Positions 21,150 through 30,967 of a DNA stretch of 64,000 nt are shown here, in pieces. The notes beneath the pieces were generated by a model, which was given only the letters and a program-made list of their open reading frames with translations, did not search any database and was not told the origin of the DNA. Every line of letters begins with the position of its first letter. Positions within the stretch are counted from its first letter, which is position 1. The translations under genes and the position numbers were made by a program. Source of the DNA: Promethearchaeota archaeon (GTDB lineage Archaea > Asgardarchaeota > Lokiarchaeia > Sigyniarchaeales > SOKP01); contig JBHLON010000003.1 of assembly GCA_048940445.1 (NCBI GenBank), forward strand, positions 1 to 64,000, given 5' to 3'.

Positions 21150-21956
21150 TTGATGAAGATCGCTGTTTCTGGAAAAGGTGGAGTAGGAAAAACATTAATT
21201 GCTGGAACATTAGCAAGATTATTTGCAAAAGATGGATATAAAGTATTAGCAATTGACAATGATTCAGCAATGAATTTATCTATGACATTAGGAATAGATT
21301 CAGAGACAAAAAAGAAAATCGTACCAATCTCTGAAATGAAACAAATGATCGAAGAACGAACAAATGTCCCAGGAGCCGGTCCTGGAGTTTATAATATTAA
21401 TCCTGAAGTTTCAGATATACCAGATAGATATAAAGTATCTGGTCCAGATGGATTACAATTGCTGGTTTTGGGTGGTATTGAAGAACCTGCTACGGGATGT
21501 TTGTGTCCAGAAAATGCATTAATTCGAACTTTACTCTACAATTTATTTGTTAAGCGAGATGAAGTTGTAATTGTTGATTTTGAAGCAGGATTAGAACATC
21601 TAGGTCGAGGTACAGCTAAAGGGATTGATGTAATGTTAGTTATAACTGAGCCTTCTCAAAAATCTCTTGATTTGTGTGAAAAAATTATTACATTATCGAA
21701 AAAACTAGGTGTAATCAACAATTATTTAATAGCGAATAAAGTTATGGATAACTCTCAAATTAATATCATCCACAAGATCATCGATAAATGGGAAGTACCT
21801 CTCTATCATACTATTCCATTTGATTCAGAGATTGGTAAAGCTGATTTAAATGGAGTCTCGCCACTCGATTTTAATTCAAAATCGGAAGCAATTAATTCTA
21901 TAACTATTCTCTACAAAAAATTGAAAAAGTTAAAGAAAGAACTATTTGATTTCTAA
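21150..21956 (+). CDS. cooC: CooC/AcsF-type nickel-insertion ATPase
   Basis: KIAVSGKGGVGKT, GCLCPEN, DFEAGLEHLGRG. Confidence 0.9.
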   Translation: MMKIAVSGKGGVGKTLIAGTLARLFAKDGYKVLAIDNDSAMNLSMTLGIDSETKKKIVPISEMKQMIEERTNVPGAGPGVYNINPEVSDIPDRYKVSGPDGLQLLVLGGIEEPATGCLCPENALIRTLLYNLFVKRDEVVIVDFEAGLEHLGRGTAKGIDVMLVITEPSQKSLDLCEKIITLSKKLGVINNYLIANKVMDNSQINIIHKIIDKWEVPLYHTIPFDSEIGKADLNGVSPLDFNSKSEAINSITILYKKLKKLKKELFDF

Positions 21957-22057
21957 CTCAACAATCTATATAGCCCAGCTTTTTATATCTAATTTAAACT
22001 AGTTTTATTGGAGAAATCCATATAATTAATAGAAGTAAGGAGGATATTAAATTAGAT

Positions 22058-22246
22058 ATGAAAAAGGATAATGTAATTGTATTAGGAATGATTTCTCTTT
22101 GTATAGCATTAGCATTAGAAACATTAGGAAATAATAACATTTTACTTAACCTTATAATACTCATATTTATCGGTATTTCAATATTCTCTAGTGCTGAATA
22201 CCTTGTTATTAATTCCTTAGATAAGAAAAAACAAAAATCAAAATAG
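22058..22246 (+). CDS. Small two-TM membrane protein
   Basis: AAGGAGG SD upstream; two hydrophobic stretches and a basic tail. Confidence 0.55.
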   Translation: MKKDNVIVLGMISLCIALALETLGNNNILLNLIILIFIGISIFSSAEYLVINSLDKKKQKSK

Positions 22247-22280
22247 AAGTTTATTTTATCGGGATTAGAATTTAAAATAA

Positions 22281-22529
22281 CTATAACATCTCAGAAAGAT
22301 TTAAATCTTGATCTTCTGCTATTTCTTTCCATTGTTCAATCGCCTCTAAGGCCTCTTTTTCATGCATTTGCTCAATCGCATAACCAGCATGCACAATTAC
22401 ATAATTTCCAATTTTAGGTTCTGAAATTAAAGCAATAACTACATCTTGTATTATTCCATCAAAGTCAACCTTTGCGGTAGTTTCATCATCATTGAATTTT
22501 ATTATCTTTCCAGGAATAGCTAAGCACAT
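22281..22529 (-). CDS. hypC: Hydrogenase maturation chaperone HypC
   Basis: MCLAIPGKI...VIVHAGYAI; start set to ATG 22529. Confidence 0.95.
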   Translation of the reverse strand: MCLAIPGKIIKFNDDETTAKVDFDGIIQDVVIALISEPKIGNYVIVHAGYAIEQMHEKEALEAIEQWKEIAEDQDLNLSEML

Positions 22530-22595
22530 AACAATCAATAATTTTATTATTATTGGTTAAAATTCTTCCTTTTAAAAAAAAATTATGGTTATTAA

Positions 22596-23384
22596 TTATT
22601 TCTGAGTACGTCTTGAGTAAAAGTCTATTAAATCATCAAGCCAATTAAATATCTCTTCTTTATTAAGATTGTCAATATTAAACTTTAATCGTTCTAATTC
22701 TCTCAATAGATTTTGCATTTCGACAGGAATATCTGTCATTGAAAGCTCAAATAAGTATTCATTAGATTTCGATATTAATGATTTAATTTCACTAACAATT
22801 GATTCATATTGAGGAGAATTATCGAAATTACATAAAACATTTATTAAGTTAAAGAGGTATTCAGTTTTGTTTCCCTTAAATGAAATATCTAAATTATAAT
22901 AATATCCTTGATGGTGATCGATAGGGATTAATTCATTATATTTATTGTCAATCTTAATAATTGACTTCACTTTTTTAAATAATAAAGATGGAGACCAAGT
23001 AAATATTTGGTGGGTAGGCTCAGCATATCTTGCTTTTATTTTTGGTGTAAATTTATTATCTTCCGTAAAATGCCCAAATGGTATAAAAATGAAATCTAAT
23101 TGCTGAATCGAAATGTCTTTATTAATTTCATAATATAAATTTTCTAATTTATGAATAGAATCTTCCTTATGGTTAATTACATCAAATTTTATAACCGTAT
23201 GATTTGGTCGATATATATAAAATAATAATCCTTCAAATCCTCTCAGATCCATTTCTATTAAGAAATCTAATCTCTCACTTATATTTTCACATTTAAGAAA
23301 TTTAATATCCAATAAAATATGAGAATAACTTTCAATATATGGAAAAAACCAAGGTGGCTGACGTACTAAATTAATAGGAACCAT
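22596..23384 (-). CDS. Hypothetical protein
   Basis: 262-aa ORF, no motif recognised. Confidence 0.6.
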   Translation of the reverse strand: MVPINLVRQPPWFFPYIESYSHILLDIKFLKCENISERLDFLIEMDLRGFEGLLFYIYRPNHTVIKFDVINHKEDSIHKLENLYYEINKDISIQQLDFIFIPFGHFTEDNKFTPKIKARYAEPTHQIFTWSPSLLFKKVKSIIKIDNKYNELIPIDHHQGYYYNLDISFKGNKTEYLFNLINVLCNFDNSPQYESIVSEIKSLISKSNEYLFELSMTDIPVEMQNLLRELERLKFNIDNLNKEEIFNWLDDLIDFYSRRTQK

Positions 23385-23574
23385 TCTATTTACCTAACTC
23401 TATTTTATAACTTGAAGAAATCTACTTTACCCTTTTTAACGTATTAGTAAATTATACCAATATAAATATTTTTAATTTTTTGGTATTTAAATTTTATAGC
23501 TGAAATTTATTCTGAGAAACAATAAGAATTAGTAAGAAATAATAAAAAAAATAGAGTAAAAATGTTTATTAAAA

Positions 23575-24432
23575 CTATATTTGGGTCTTCATTCTAGTTC
23601 TATGAAACTTAAGCCCAATTTCGTCAGGACTTATTCCCATTGCTAATGCTAAAAGCTCTGTTATATATAACACCGGAAGATCATAATCTGTGTCATACTT
23701 TTTATTCAAGTCTCTCTGGCGGGTATCAAATTGCTGAAAGCAAGAAGGACAATTTACACAAATTATATCTGCTCCAGCTTTTTTAATACTATCCATTTTG
23801 ATTTTTAAATTTGCTAAACCATGTTCCTCATAAGCATTAGTCACTGCTGATCCACAACATAAAACTATATCATCATAATCAACTACTGTTGCTCCTGCAG
23901 CTGCTACCAGTTTCTTTAAGTTCTGGGGACGCATGGGATCATCACTTTCCATCCATTCTGCAGGCCTCATATAATGACAACCAGGATGAACAGCAACTTT
24001 TAATCCGCTTAATGGTTTTGTTATTGCGCTTCTGATATTTTCTAAATTGTCTTTTAAAACATCAACAAAATGCTTTACGTCTACGTTTCCCTTATATTCT
24101 TTCCCAATTTTCGCTAATTGTTTGTTAACTTTTTCTCTCTTTAAAGAATCATGCTTTAATTGGTGTTGAACTCCTCTAAGAGTATTAGCACATCCATTAC
24201 ATAGTGATATAATATCTTTTCCTTCAGCTTCAGCAAGACATAGATTTCTAGCTCCTATTGCTAACCATGAATTATTATCATAACTTTTCATTCCTGTTGG
24301 ATCGGGACAACAGCTAAATGGTGCCTCTGAAGTGTCGATCCCTATTTTCTCAAATACTCTTCGTGAAGCGGCTTCTATAAAGGGAATTCGATTCCCTATT
24401 GTACAACCCTCAAACATCTTATATTCTGTCAT
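23575..24432 (-). CDS. hdrB: Heterodisulfide reductase subunit B
   Basis: GC, SCCP, ARNL, CNGC, HPGCH, CCG, CPSCFQQFD (two CCG domains). Confidence 0.93.
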   Translation of the reverse strand: MTEYKMFEGCTIGNRIPFIEAASRRVFEKIGIDTSEAPFSCCPDPTGMKSYDNNSWLAIGARNLCLAEAEGKDIISLCNGCANTLRGVQHQLKHDSLKREKVNKQLAKIGKEYKGNVDVKHFVDVLKDNLENIRSAITKPLSGLKVAVHPGCHYMRPAEWMESDDPMRPQNLKKLVAAAGATVVDYDDIVLCCGSAVTNAYEEHGLANLKIKMDSIKKAGADIICVNCPSCFQQFDTRQRDLNKKYDTDYDLPVLYITELLALAMGISPDEIGLKFHRTRMKTQI

Positions 24433-24957
24433 TTAATCATCCTCTAAATGTTTATTTAAGTTTTTATCTGCTCCAATATTTCTTAATAACATTTGAAGTT
24501 CATTAACGTCGGGTGTCATTATATTTGGTAATCCTAATTGTTCTCTTCTTCTTTCAATTGCGGGTTGCGAAGGAATTGCCTTAGCGTTCTCGAAAATCAT
24601 TTTTGCTTGAGAATAAATAAATTCAGGTGCTTTTCCTTGCTTCACCGATTGATTCTTCAAGAAAGCGAATATTTCGGTTAACTCAATTTTTTGGGGACAC
24701 ACTTCGTCACATGTATCGCAAACTGTGCATCCCCAAATGGTCAAGGGATCAGCTGAAAAGATAGCATCTTTATACCCCAATAAAGCATTTAGAATATTAT
24801 TACGTGGATTATACCCGGTAGTTGTATAGAAATCTGTTGTCACTTTCGTAACAGGACAATTGTCGGCACATCGACTACATTGGTAGCAATATTTGATCAA
24901 ATCAGACCCTATATGATAATCCATAACTTGTTTCCTAAACTCAAAATTTATTGTCAT
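24433..24957 (-). CDS. hdrC: Heterodisulfide reductase subunit C
   Basis: CYQCSRCADNCP and WGCTVCDTCDEVCP; ATG 24957 is the likely start. Confidence 0.9.
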   Translation of the reverse strand: MTINFEFRKQVMDYHIGSDLIKYCYQCSRCADNCPVTKVTTDFYTTTGYNPRNNILNALLGYKDAIFSADPLTIWGCTVCDTCDEVCPQKIELTEIFAFLKNQSVKQGKAPEFIYSQAKMIFENAKAIPSQPAIERRREQLGLPNIMTPDVNELQMLLRNIGADKNLNKHLEDD

Positions 24958-25003
24958 CTTTTTCACTATTTTCTGATATTTCATTCTTTATAATTGATAT
25001 TTT

Positions 25004-25077
25004 CGTTGGCTTTAACCCGTGCGTGGGCAGTTATATCCAATCTATGATTTTTATTGGATATTCATCCTAAGCCAACG
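25004..25077 (-). promoter_or_regulatory. Candidate SECIS-like RNA structure of vhuU
   Basis: Outer 9-bp stem CGUUGGCUU/AAGCCAACG; AUGA followed by a perfect 9-bp stem AUAUCCAAU/AUUGGAUAU closing an AAAAA-starting loop; the 3' side reads UAAC rather than NGAN. Confidence 0.55.
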
Positions 25078-25214
25078 TTTAACTCGCGAGAGTAAATCTC
25101 AGAGCCATTTTCATCGACTACAGTGATGTGTGCGGCACATGATAGTCAGCAATCAAAACAGCGAACTATCATTTCCAAAAGATTTACTACTCCTTCTGGT
25201 ATTTCTTCACTCAT
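25062..25214 (-). CDS. vhuU: Selenocysteine-containing small subunit VhuU of [NiFeSe] hydrogenase (UGA=Sec at 25146-25148)
   Basis: MSEEIPEGVVNLLEMIVRCFDC-U-LSCAAHITVVDENGSEIYSRELNVGLG*; supplies the DxUxxCxxH motif missing from the upstream large subunit; AGGCGA SD. Confidence 0.92.
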
Positions 25215-25243
25215 TTCTTTTTTATCGCCTTTATAGTTTAATT

Positions 25244-26548
25244 TTATTTTATCCAAGGGTCTGGTAACTTTAATCCGGACAAAGCATTTTGTTCAAATAC
25301 TTGTTTTGCAACATGCATTAATGTCTTTTCAATGCCAGCAATATTATGATTCGTAGCTACTAAAAGATTCGCCTTTTTGCATAAACCATCTGCATCTGAC
25401 CAAATATGATATAACAATAGACCACGTGGAGCCTCTACTAAACCAACCCCATCAGCCTCTCGTGGTTGAACATCTAGAGTCTTGCAATCTGGATTGACAA
25501 TATCTGGGTCTTGAAGCAATGTGGCGATCATTTCAATAGATTCAACTAGTTCAATTAACCTTGCCCAATGATACGCAAATGTATGATGGGATATGGCACC
25601 AACTTTTTCCCTCATGGCTCTTAAAGCCTCATCAGCTAAAGGAGTTGCCATTTTATCCGCAGCATTGATCATTGCTAATGTATTAGCCCTATAGATACCT
25701 TCTGGGTATCCAGCTGGTTTATAATACATATGAGTCGCATATGAATGCTCTGGAATATGTTCTCCTATAACATCTAAGTAATTTTGAGGGGGATAATCGA
25801 ATTTTTTCCCATCAGGAGCTACAATCCTAAGATCTCCTTCATAAATGTCGTGGACACCATTCTTAGTCATACCCGCATAATAAGTAGGTACGACTCCCAC
25901 ATTTGCAACAACATCCCAATAATCCTCTACGACTTTTAATCCGATATCTACTGTCTTTTTTGACCATTCTACCTGATCTTCAATTTGCTTTAAAAATAAA
26001 TCGCGAGCACTTTCATCCATTGGTTTTTTCATCCCACCAACTATACCACTTATAGGATGGACTGATTTACCTCCAATTTCAGCACATAACTTCTGTCCGA
26101 AATCCATCATCTTAAGGGCCATAGCACCCACATCTGGCATCTGACTAATTACATGAACCACATTCCTTAATGCAGGGTCTGCCATAGGACCTAATAAGAA
26201 ATCTGGTGCAGCTAATGCGTAAAAATGTAGTGCGTGAGATGAATATTGTTTTGCATTAATAAGCAATTTTCGTAATTTCAATGCCGGAGTAGGGATTTCA
26301 ACACCCCAAGCAGCTTCAACTGCTTTCGTCGGAGCTAAATGATGAGGAATCGGACATATTCCACAAATCCGAGGTGTGATCCGAGGGATATGTTCACAGT
26401 AACGGCCTTCAAGAAACTTTTCGAAAAATCTCGTTGAAGTAATGTTAAACTGAACATCTTTTACTTTTCCATCATCTCCTAAAACAATTTTTAATCCGCC
26501 ATGCCCTTCTAATCGGGTTACAGGTTCAACCTCTATTTCTTTTCCCAT
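25244..26548 (-). CDS. mvhA: F420-non-reducing [NiFe] hydrogenase large subunit (group 3c), lacking the C-terminal L2 motif
   Basis: TRLEGHG, RFFEKFL.GR, RICGICPIPHH, EAPRG, LVATNHN; ends at DPWIK without DPCxxC. Confidence 0.93.
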   Translation of the reverse strand: MGKEIEVEPVTRLEGHGGLKIVLGDDGKVKDVQFNITSTRFFEKFLEGRYCEHIPRITPRICGICPIPHHLAPTKAVEAAWGVEIPTPALKLRKLLINAKQYSSHALHFYALAAPDFLLGPMADPALRNVVHVISQMPDVGAMALKMMDFGQKLCAEIGGKSVHPISGIVGGMKKPMDESARDLFLKQIEDQVEWSKKTVDIGLKVVEDYWDVVANVGVVPTYYAGMTKNGVHDIYEGDLRIVAPDGKKFDYPPQNYLDVIGEHIPEHSYATHMYYKPAGYPEGIYRANTLAMINAADKMATPLADEALRAMREKVGAISHHTFAYHWARLIELVESIEMIATLLQDPDIVNPDCKTLDVQPREADGVGLVEAPRGLLLYHIWSDADGLCKKANLLVATNHNIAGIEKTLMHVAKQVFEQNALSGLKLPDPWIK

Positions 26549-26552
26549 TTTT

Positions 26553-27878
26553 CTATTCTCCTCCTTTATAACTTCTATTTGAAGCTAATGTGAACTTTTC
26601 AAAAGTCCCTAAATGATCCTTTACTTGCCTTAACAATTCTTCTTTTGAAATATCAACATTAAAGCCTTTAATTGCTGCATCAGCAAATCTACCTGCTTGA
26701 TCTGCCACCCATTCAGTCTGACCGAAACAGCCAGTACAGGGAGCGTTAACTTTTAGGCATAATCCACCACAACCTGCCTTAGTTACAGGTCCCATACAGA
26801 TATATCCTTGTTCAATTAAACAATCGTCCATATTTGGTAATCCTTCATAATCTCGTTTTACCCTTGTCATTCTTGATTTGCTACCAATTATTCTTGGACA
26901 TGTATCGCACACATTAGATATTTCGTGGAAATCAGGATTATCCCTCAAAAATCCTAATGCATTGGATGCAATCTCCTCGGTTGTATTTGGTAAATTCGCT
27001 AGTGGCGTCTCTGGTTTTCCTTTTTTCTTAACCTGCTTTAAAATATCTCCTGCGAGATCGAAACCAGCCATTAAGGGAATATTCAAGAATAACGATAAGA
27101 ACTGATACAGGCTCTTCTTGTCTCCAGAGCTAACGCCTCCCAAATTTGAAGACATAGTTTTTAATTTATCAGCTCTAGGATAAACAGATTTTGATGGACC
27201 GAAACACCCTACACAGGGTTTATTATCACTTGTACATTTTAGTTCGCATCCTACACTAGTAATTGGACCAAAACATAAAGTCCCTTTCTCTAACAAACAA
27301 TTCTCATTATTTAAAATGCAATTATTGCAAAAAGCAGAATCGTTCATAGGAAAAGGTTGTTGACCAAGTAGGAATTGAATTGCAGAAACGATAGCTTCTG
27401 GTTTAGGCGGGCACCCAGAAATATACGCATCAACTTTAATAATCGCATCTAAGGGTACTATTTTATCAGTGAATCCAGGCACGTTTTCTTTCGGTTCGTG
27501 GGGAGATTCATTAGTAATGCTCTCTACTTCAGTAAATTTCCGATTAACTAATTTTTGAACATCCCATTGGTTTGCTAACCCATGTACATTCCCATAGCAA
27601 GCACAAGAACCAAAAGATATGATAAGTTGGCACTTAGCTCTCATCAATTTAGCATTTTCAACATCTTCATTTGTTCTAAGACTTCCTTCAACGAATCCTA
27701 CTACGATATCTCCGTCTGGTCTAGATTTTAAAGAATCATGTTTCATATCTACAACTGCTGGCCAGTATACAATATCTAATGCTGGTAATACTGGCAATAA
27801 TCCTAGATGAGCATTCAATAAGGATTGATGACAGCCCCAGCAATCTGAACATTGCATAAAAGCAACTTTTACTGCCAT
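26553..27878 (-). CDS. mvhG: F420-non-reducing hydrogenase small subunit with duplicated C-terminal Fe-S module
   Basis: CWGCHQS, GSCACYG, GCPP, followed by two CxxC..CL....G..C.GP.T..GC...C.....C.GCFG modules. Confidence 0.9.
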   Translation of the reverse strand: MAVKVAFMQCSDCWGCHQSLLNAHLGLLPVLPALDIVYWPAVVDMKHDSLKSRPDGDIVVGFVEGSLRTNEDVENAKLMRAKCQLIISFGSCACYGNVHGLANQWDVQKLVNRKFTEVESITNESPHEPKENVPGFTDKIVPLDAIIKVDAYISGCPPKPEAIVSAIQFLLGQQPFPMNDSAFCNNCILNNENCLLEKGTLCFGPITSVGCELKCTSDNKPCVGCFGPSKSVYPRADKLKTMSSNLGGVSSGDKKSLYQFLSLFLNIPLMAGFDLAGDILKQVKKKGKPETPLANLPNTTEEIASNALGFLRDNPDFHEISNVCDTCPRIIGSKSRMTRVKRDYEGLPNMDDCLIEQGYICMGPVTKAGCGGLCLKVNAPCTGCFGQTEWVADQAGRFADAAIKGFNVDISKEELLRQVKDHLGTFEKFTLASNRSYKGGE

Positions 27879-28335
27879 ATTTTTCTACCTATTTGTTTGT
27901 TAAATTTATTTTTTTTAAATTAGCTAATTTATTTTAAAAAAACTAATTGTATTAATTTAATCTTAATTTTATAAAAAAGCTTCTGCTTTCCTTATTTAAG
28001 CGTTTAGATTTCATGTATTTGTTATGAATTATTATTCAAAATGACTATTTTGTTTATTTAAGCTATTTAGTTAGAAAATTTATTTGGAGATGTACGGTGT
28101 GTGATCCGTGGGATGAAGTTTCTCCTTAAAGATTATAATTATAATTTAAAATATAAGAAATCTTAGTAAAAATCAGTGCTCACACTTCAGCCATTATCTC
28201 TATTATTATTGTGGAGGAAGGATCAAAAAATAACTCTAATAAAGGATATTTTTTATTCTCAAGGAATATATTGGATACAAGAATTAAATATGAAGTACTG
28301 AAAGGTAGATAATATAATTATTTTTACCAAATTTT

Positions 28336-28899
28336 TTAAAAATTTCCACATCCATTACATTTTCCATCGAGGAAAGCTGCACAATTCTTACAAACGTTTC
28401 CACATTCTTTTTCATGGCTCTCATGGCTAAATAAATTAATGGGGACATATTTTGGTTTAATAATTTCTGTAGTAAACATCACAGCAGAATGTAAAATGCC
28501 CTTTTTATTTGTGGGGCCACAATAGTTTAAATATCTATGGAGAATATCGAGATTTTGACCAATTACTCCTAAAATTAAATTATATTGTCCAGTTACAGGT
28601 GCCATTAAAAATACTCGAGGACAATTGGAGTAAGCTTTAATAATATTTTGGACTTCTTCAAAATTGACCATTTCCATTAATAAAAATAAACCTTTATACT
28701 GCAATCTGTTTAAGTTTGTATTAGCTTGAATTTTAATTATATCACTGTCTTCTAATTTTGTGATCCTTTTTGCTATGCCTGTATGACTCATAGTCTCTGT
28801 GTCAGACTTGATTATCTTTGTTTCTAAACTTGTTAAACTTTCACGTCCATTTTTGAATAACGCATTGAGTATTTGTTTGTCAATATTATCTAATTGCAT
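28336..28899 (-). CDS. Lrp/AsnC-family transcriptional regulator with Cys-rich C-terminal tail
   Basis: LDNIDKQILNAL..NGRES...MSHTGIAKRITKLE HTH; TGQYNL RAM domain; CGNVCKNC.......CNGC tail. Confidence 0.85.
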   Translation of the reverse strand: MQLDNIDKQILNALFKNGRESLTSLETKIIKSDTETMSHTGIAKRITKLEDSDIIKIQANTNLNRLQYKGLFLLMEMVNFEEVQNIIKAYSNCPRVFLMAPVTGQYNLILGVIGQNLDILHRYLNYCGPTNKKGILHSAVMFTTEIIKPKYVPINLFSHESHEKECGNVCKNCAAFLDGKCNGCGNF

Positions 28900-29206
28900 A
28901 ATTCTTCAATAATAATGAAATGTATTTAATATATTCTTTATTTCCACTTTTTAAAATTTGACGATTATAAGTAATTTGCAATATTAAAAATTTTATAATA
29001 AAAAATGTTCTTATAATTAAACCTAAACTTGCAAAGTTAAGTTTTCGCTTTCATGGAGTAAAATAATTAAAAAGTATTACTTCTCAAAACCATGTAATTG
29101 AGTTATTAATATGGAACTTAATTCTTCTTTTATCTTAAATAATATATAAAAAATAAATTTAAATTCTAGATTTGGACTATTAAGTCTAAAAGAATTAAAT
29201 ACAATG

Positions 29207-29282
29207 GTTTAATTTTTAAACTTTAAATAAGATTTTGGAGGAAATTGAAACTCATCAAAATTAAAAAGTTTAAATTATCCAA
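29207..29282. promoter_or_regulatory. Phased 15-bp palindromic operator boxes (GTTTMAA-N-TTKAAAC)
   Basis: GTTTAAT-T-TTTAAAC at 29207, half-sites TTGAAAC at 29245 and GTTTAAA at 29268; 30-31-bp phasing. Confidence 0.55.
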
Positions 29283-29386
29283 ATATAGTAAACCTTAAAA
29301 GAGAATAGTTAGTCTTAAAATTAAGAAATACTCTTAATGTGGAAATGTTATCTTTTTTAAGATTGAATGAATAAAATAAAAAAATC

Positions 29387-30049
29387 GTGGCAATTCAAAT
29401 GAAAAAAAAAATAATCCCTGTTATTGTACTCACTAGTTTTCTTTTGGTTTTAGTCGGTGGGGTGGTTGCATACCCTTCTTCCATCGAAGGGTTTCTTGGT
29501 GGTTCACATACTGGATGTCATGCTCTCGTTAGTCCCACTACAGAAAGTATTGAAGGAACAGTAACTGTTGATTGCGTTCAAGGCACATCATTAACAGCAG
29601 GACAATATTTTACTATAAATGTAGCAATAATAAATTTTACTGAGGCTTTAATTAATGATAGAGGCAGTGAAGTGAGCGTAGCAGTCGCTGCTACTCGTGG
29701 TGATAATGCTAATTTTGGTTCAAAATTAGATGAACCTGTAAGATTAGCAGAAATTACTTTGGATGGCAATGGTGATTCAAATGTTCCGATTTCTTTTGAT
29801 TTAATAGCTCCCACAACCGATGGTAGTTATACCTTAGTTGTTGATGCTTTATCTGCTGCAAATTCTACTGATGCTGTGGGCATAATTTATGCTTCAGGTA
29901 ATGTAGTTTTAACTATTAGTGGTGGAACTCCTGCAGCTCCTGGAATTCCTGGGTTTGAATTTTATACTTTGATTGGTGTGCTTGCTGTAACAGTTTCTTC
30001 TCTTATAGTTGTAGTAGTATATTGGAAGAGACAAAAACATTTCTTCTAA
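29387..30049 (+). CDS. Secreted, C-terminally anchored beta-sandwich protein with HxxCH motif (putative atypical c-type cytochrome)
   Basis: Signal peptide, mature YPS..., HTGCH at 29507-29521, C-terminal PGIPGF plus TM and basic tail (PGF/Loki-CTERM-like); directly upstream of ccmC. Confidence 0.7.
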   Translation: MAIQMKKKIIPVIVLTSFLLVLVGGVVAYPSSIEGFLGGSHTGCHALVSPTTESIEGTVTVDCVQGTSLTAGQYFTINVAIINFTEALINDRGSEVSVAVAATRGDNANFGSKLDEPVRLAEITLDGNGDSNVPISFDLIAPTTDGSYTLVVDALSAANSTDAVGIIYASGNVVLTISGGTPAAPGIPGFEFYTLIGVLAVTVSSLIVVVVYWKRQKHFF

Positions 30050-30200
30050 ATAATGCAAAATTATTTTTTTTTTTTTTAATTTGAAACAGCAATTATTTCA
30101 TAAGAACAAATTTTAAAAATGAATTAAAATAACTTCCAATTATAAGAAACTAAAGATATTTTTTATCTTACCTATTACCATTAGCTTTAACCGCAATAAA

Positions 30201-30962
30201 GTGAATCAAAGCTTATCAGATAGAAAATTTTATATTTATTTGAGAAACAAAATGAAAAGAACTAAGAATTGGTTCAGAAGCGATTATCTACTAATTACCT
30301 CAATTTCACTCCTAATTGTAAACTTGTTTTTCATTTTCTTTTTGACTAATTTTAGTCGTATTGTTTATATGATTTTTTATTATCATGTGTCATCAGCATG
30401 GCTATCTTATTTTTCGTTTGCTATAAGTTTTATTTTTCACTTATTATACTTAAAACAAAAAAAGTTATTATGGAATATCCTTGGTAAAAATAGTATTGTG
30501 GTGGGAGTCTTTTTTTGTGCTTTCACTCTAATTACTGGTTCACTTTGGTATAATGCTACTTCGGGAGGTTATAATAATGTCTACTGGCAATGGAGTGATG
30601 CAAGACAAACTATGACATTAGTCTTATTTTTATCATATTTATCTTATCTCATTTTTGGAGCGATGATTGAAGAAAGGGAAAAAAAAGCTAAATTAACTTC
30701 TATTTTGGGAATAATATTTTTTCCTATGGTACCATTGAGTTACTTATCAGCAATAATCTTTACTAGTTTACATCCATTGATAAATCCTAATCCAACTGGA
30801 TCGGGATATATTTATTGGGATTTTATGAAGCTTTTTGTATTATTCCTTAATTTATTTGCAATAACGATATTCTATATTTATGTAGTAGGAAATTTAGTTG
30901 AACTAGATCTAAATAAAGAAAAACTAAATGAGATCATTCAAAGTAATTTAAGAGAGGATTAA
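30201..30962 (+). CDS. ccmC: Heme exporter/cytochrome c biogenesis protein CcmC
   Basis: YYHVSSAW, LITGSLW....YWQWSDARQT (WWD domain), SLHP. Confidence 0.85.
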   Translation: MNQSLSDRKFYIYLRNKMKRTKNWFRSDYLLITSISLLIVNLFFIFFLTNFSRIVYMIFYYHVSSAWLSYFSFAISFIFHLLYLKQKKLLWNILGKNSIVVGVFFCAFTLITGSLWYNATSGGYNNVYWQWSDARQTMTLVLFLSYLSYLIFGAMIEEREKKAKLTSILGIIFFPMVPLSYLSAIIFTSLHPLINPNPTGSGYIYWDFMKLFVLFLNLFAITIFYIYVVGNLVELDLNKEKLNEIIQSNLRED

Positions 30963-30967
30963 AAATA

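Noticed and set aside
24966-25064. Read-through of the second vhuU UGA as another Sec
   Set aside because: The downstream peptide shows no recognisable motif, VhuU length already fits, and the region is better explained as RNA structure.
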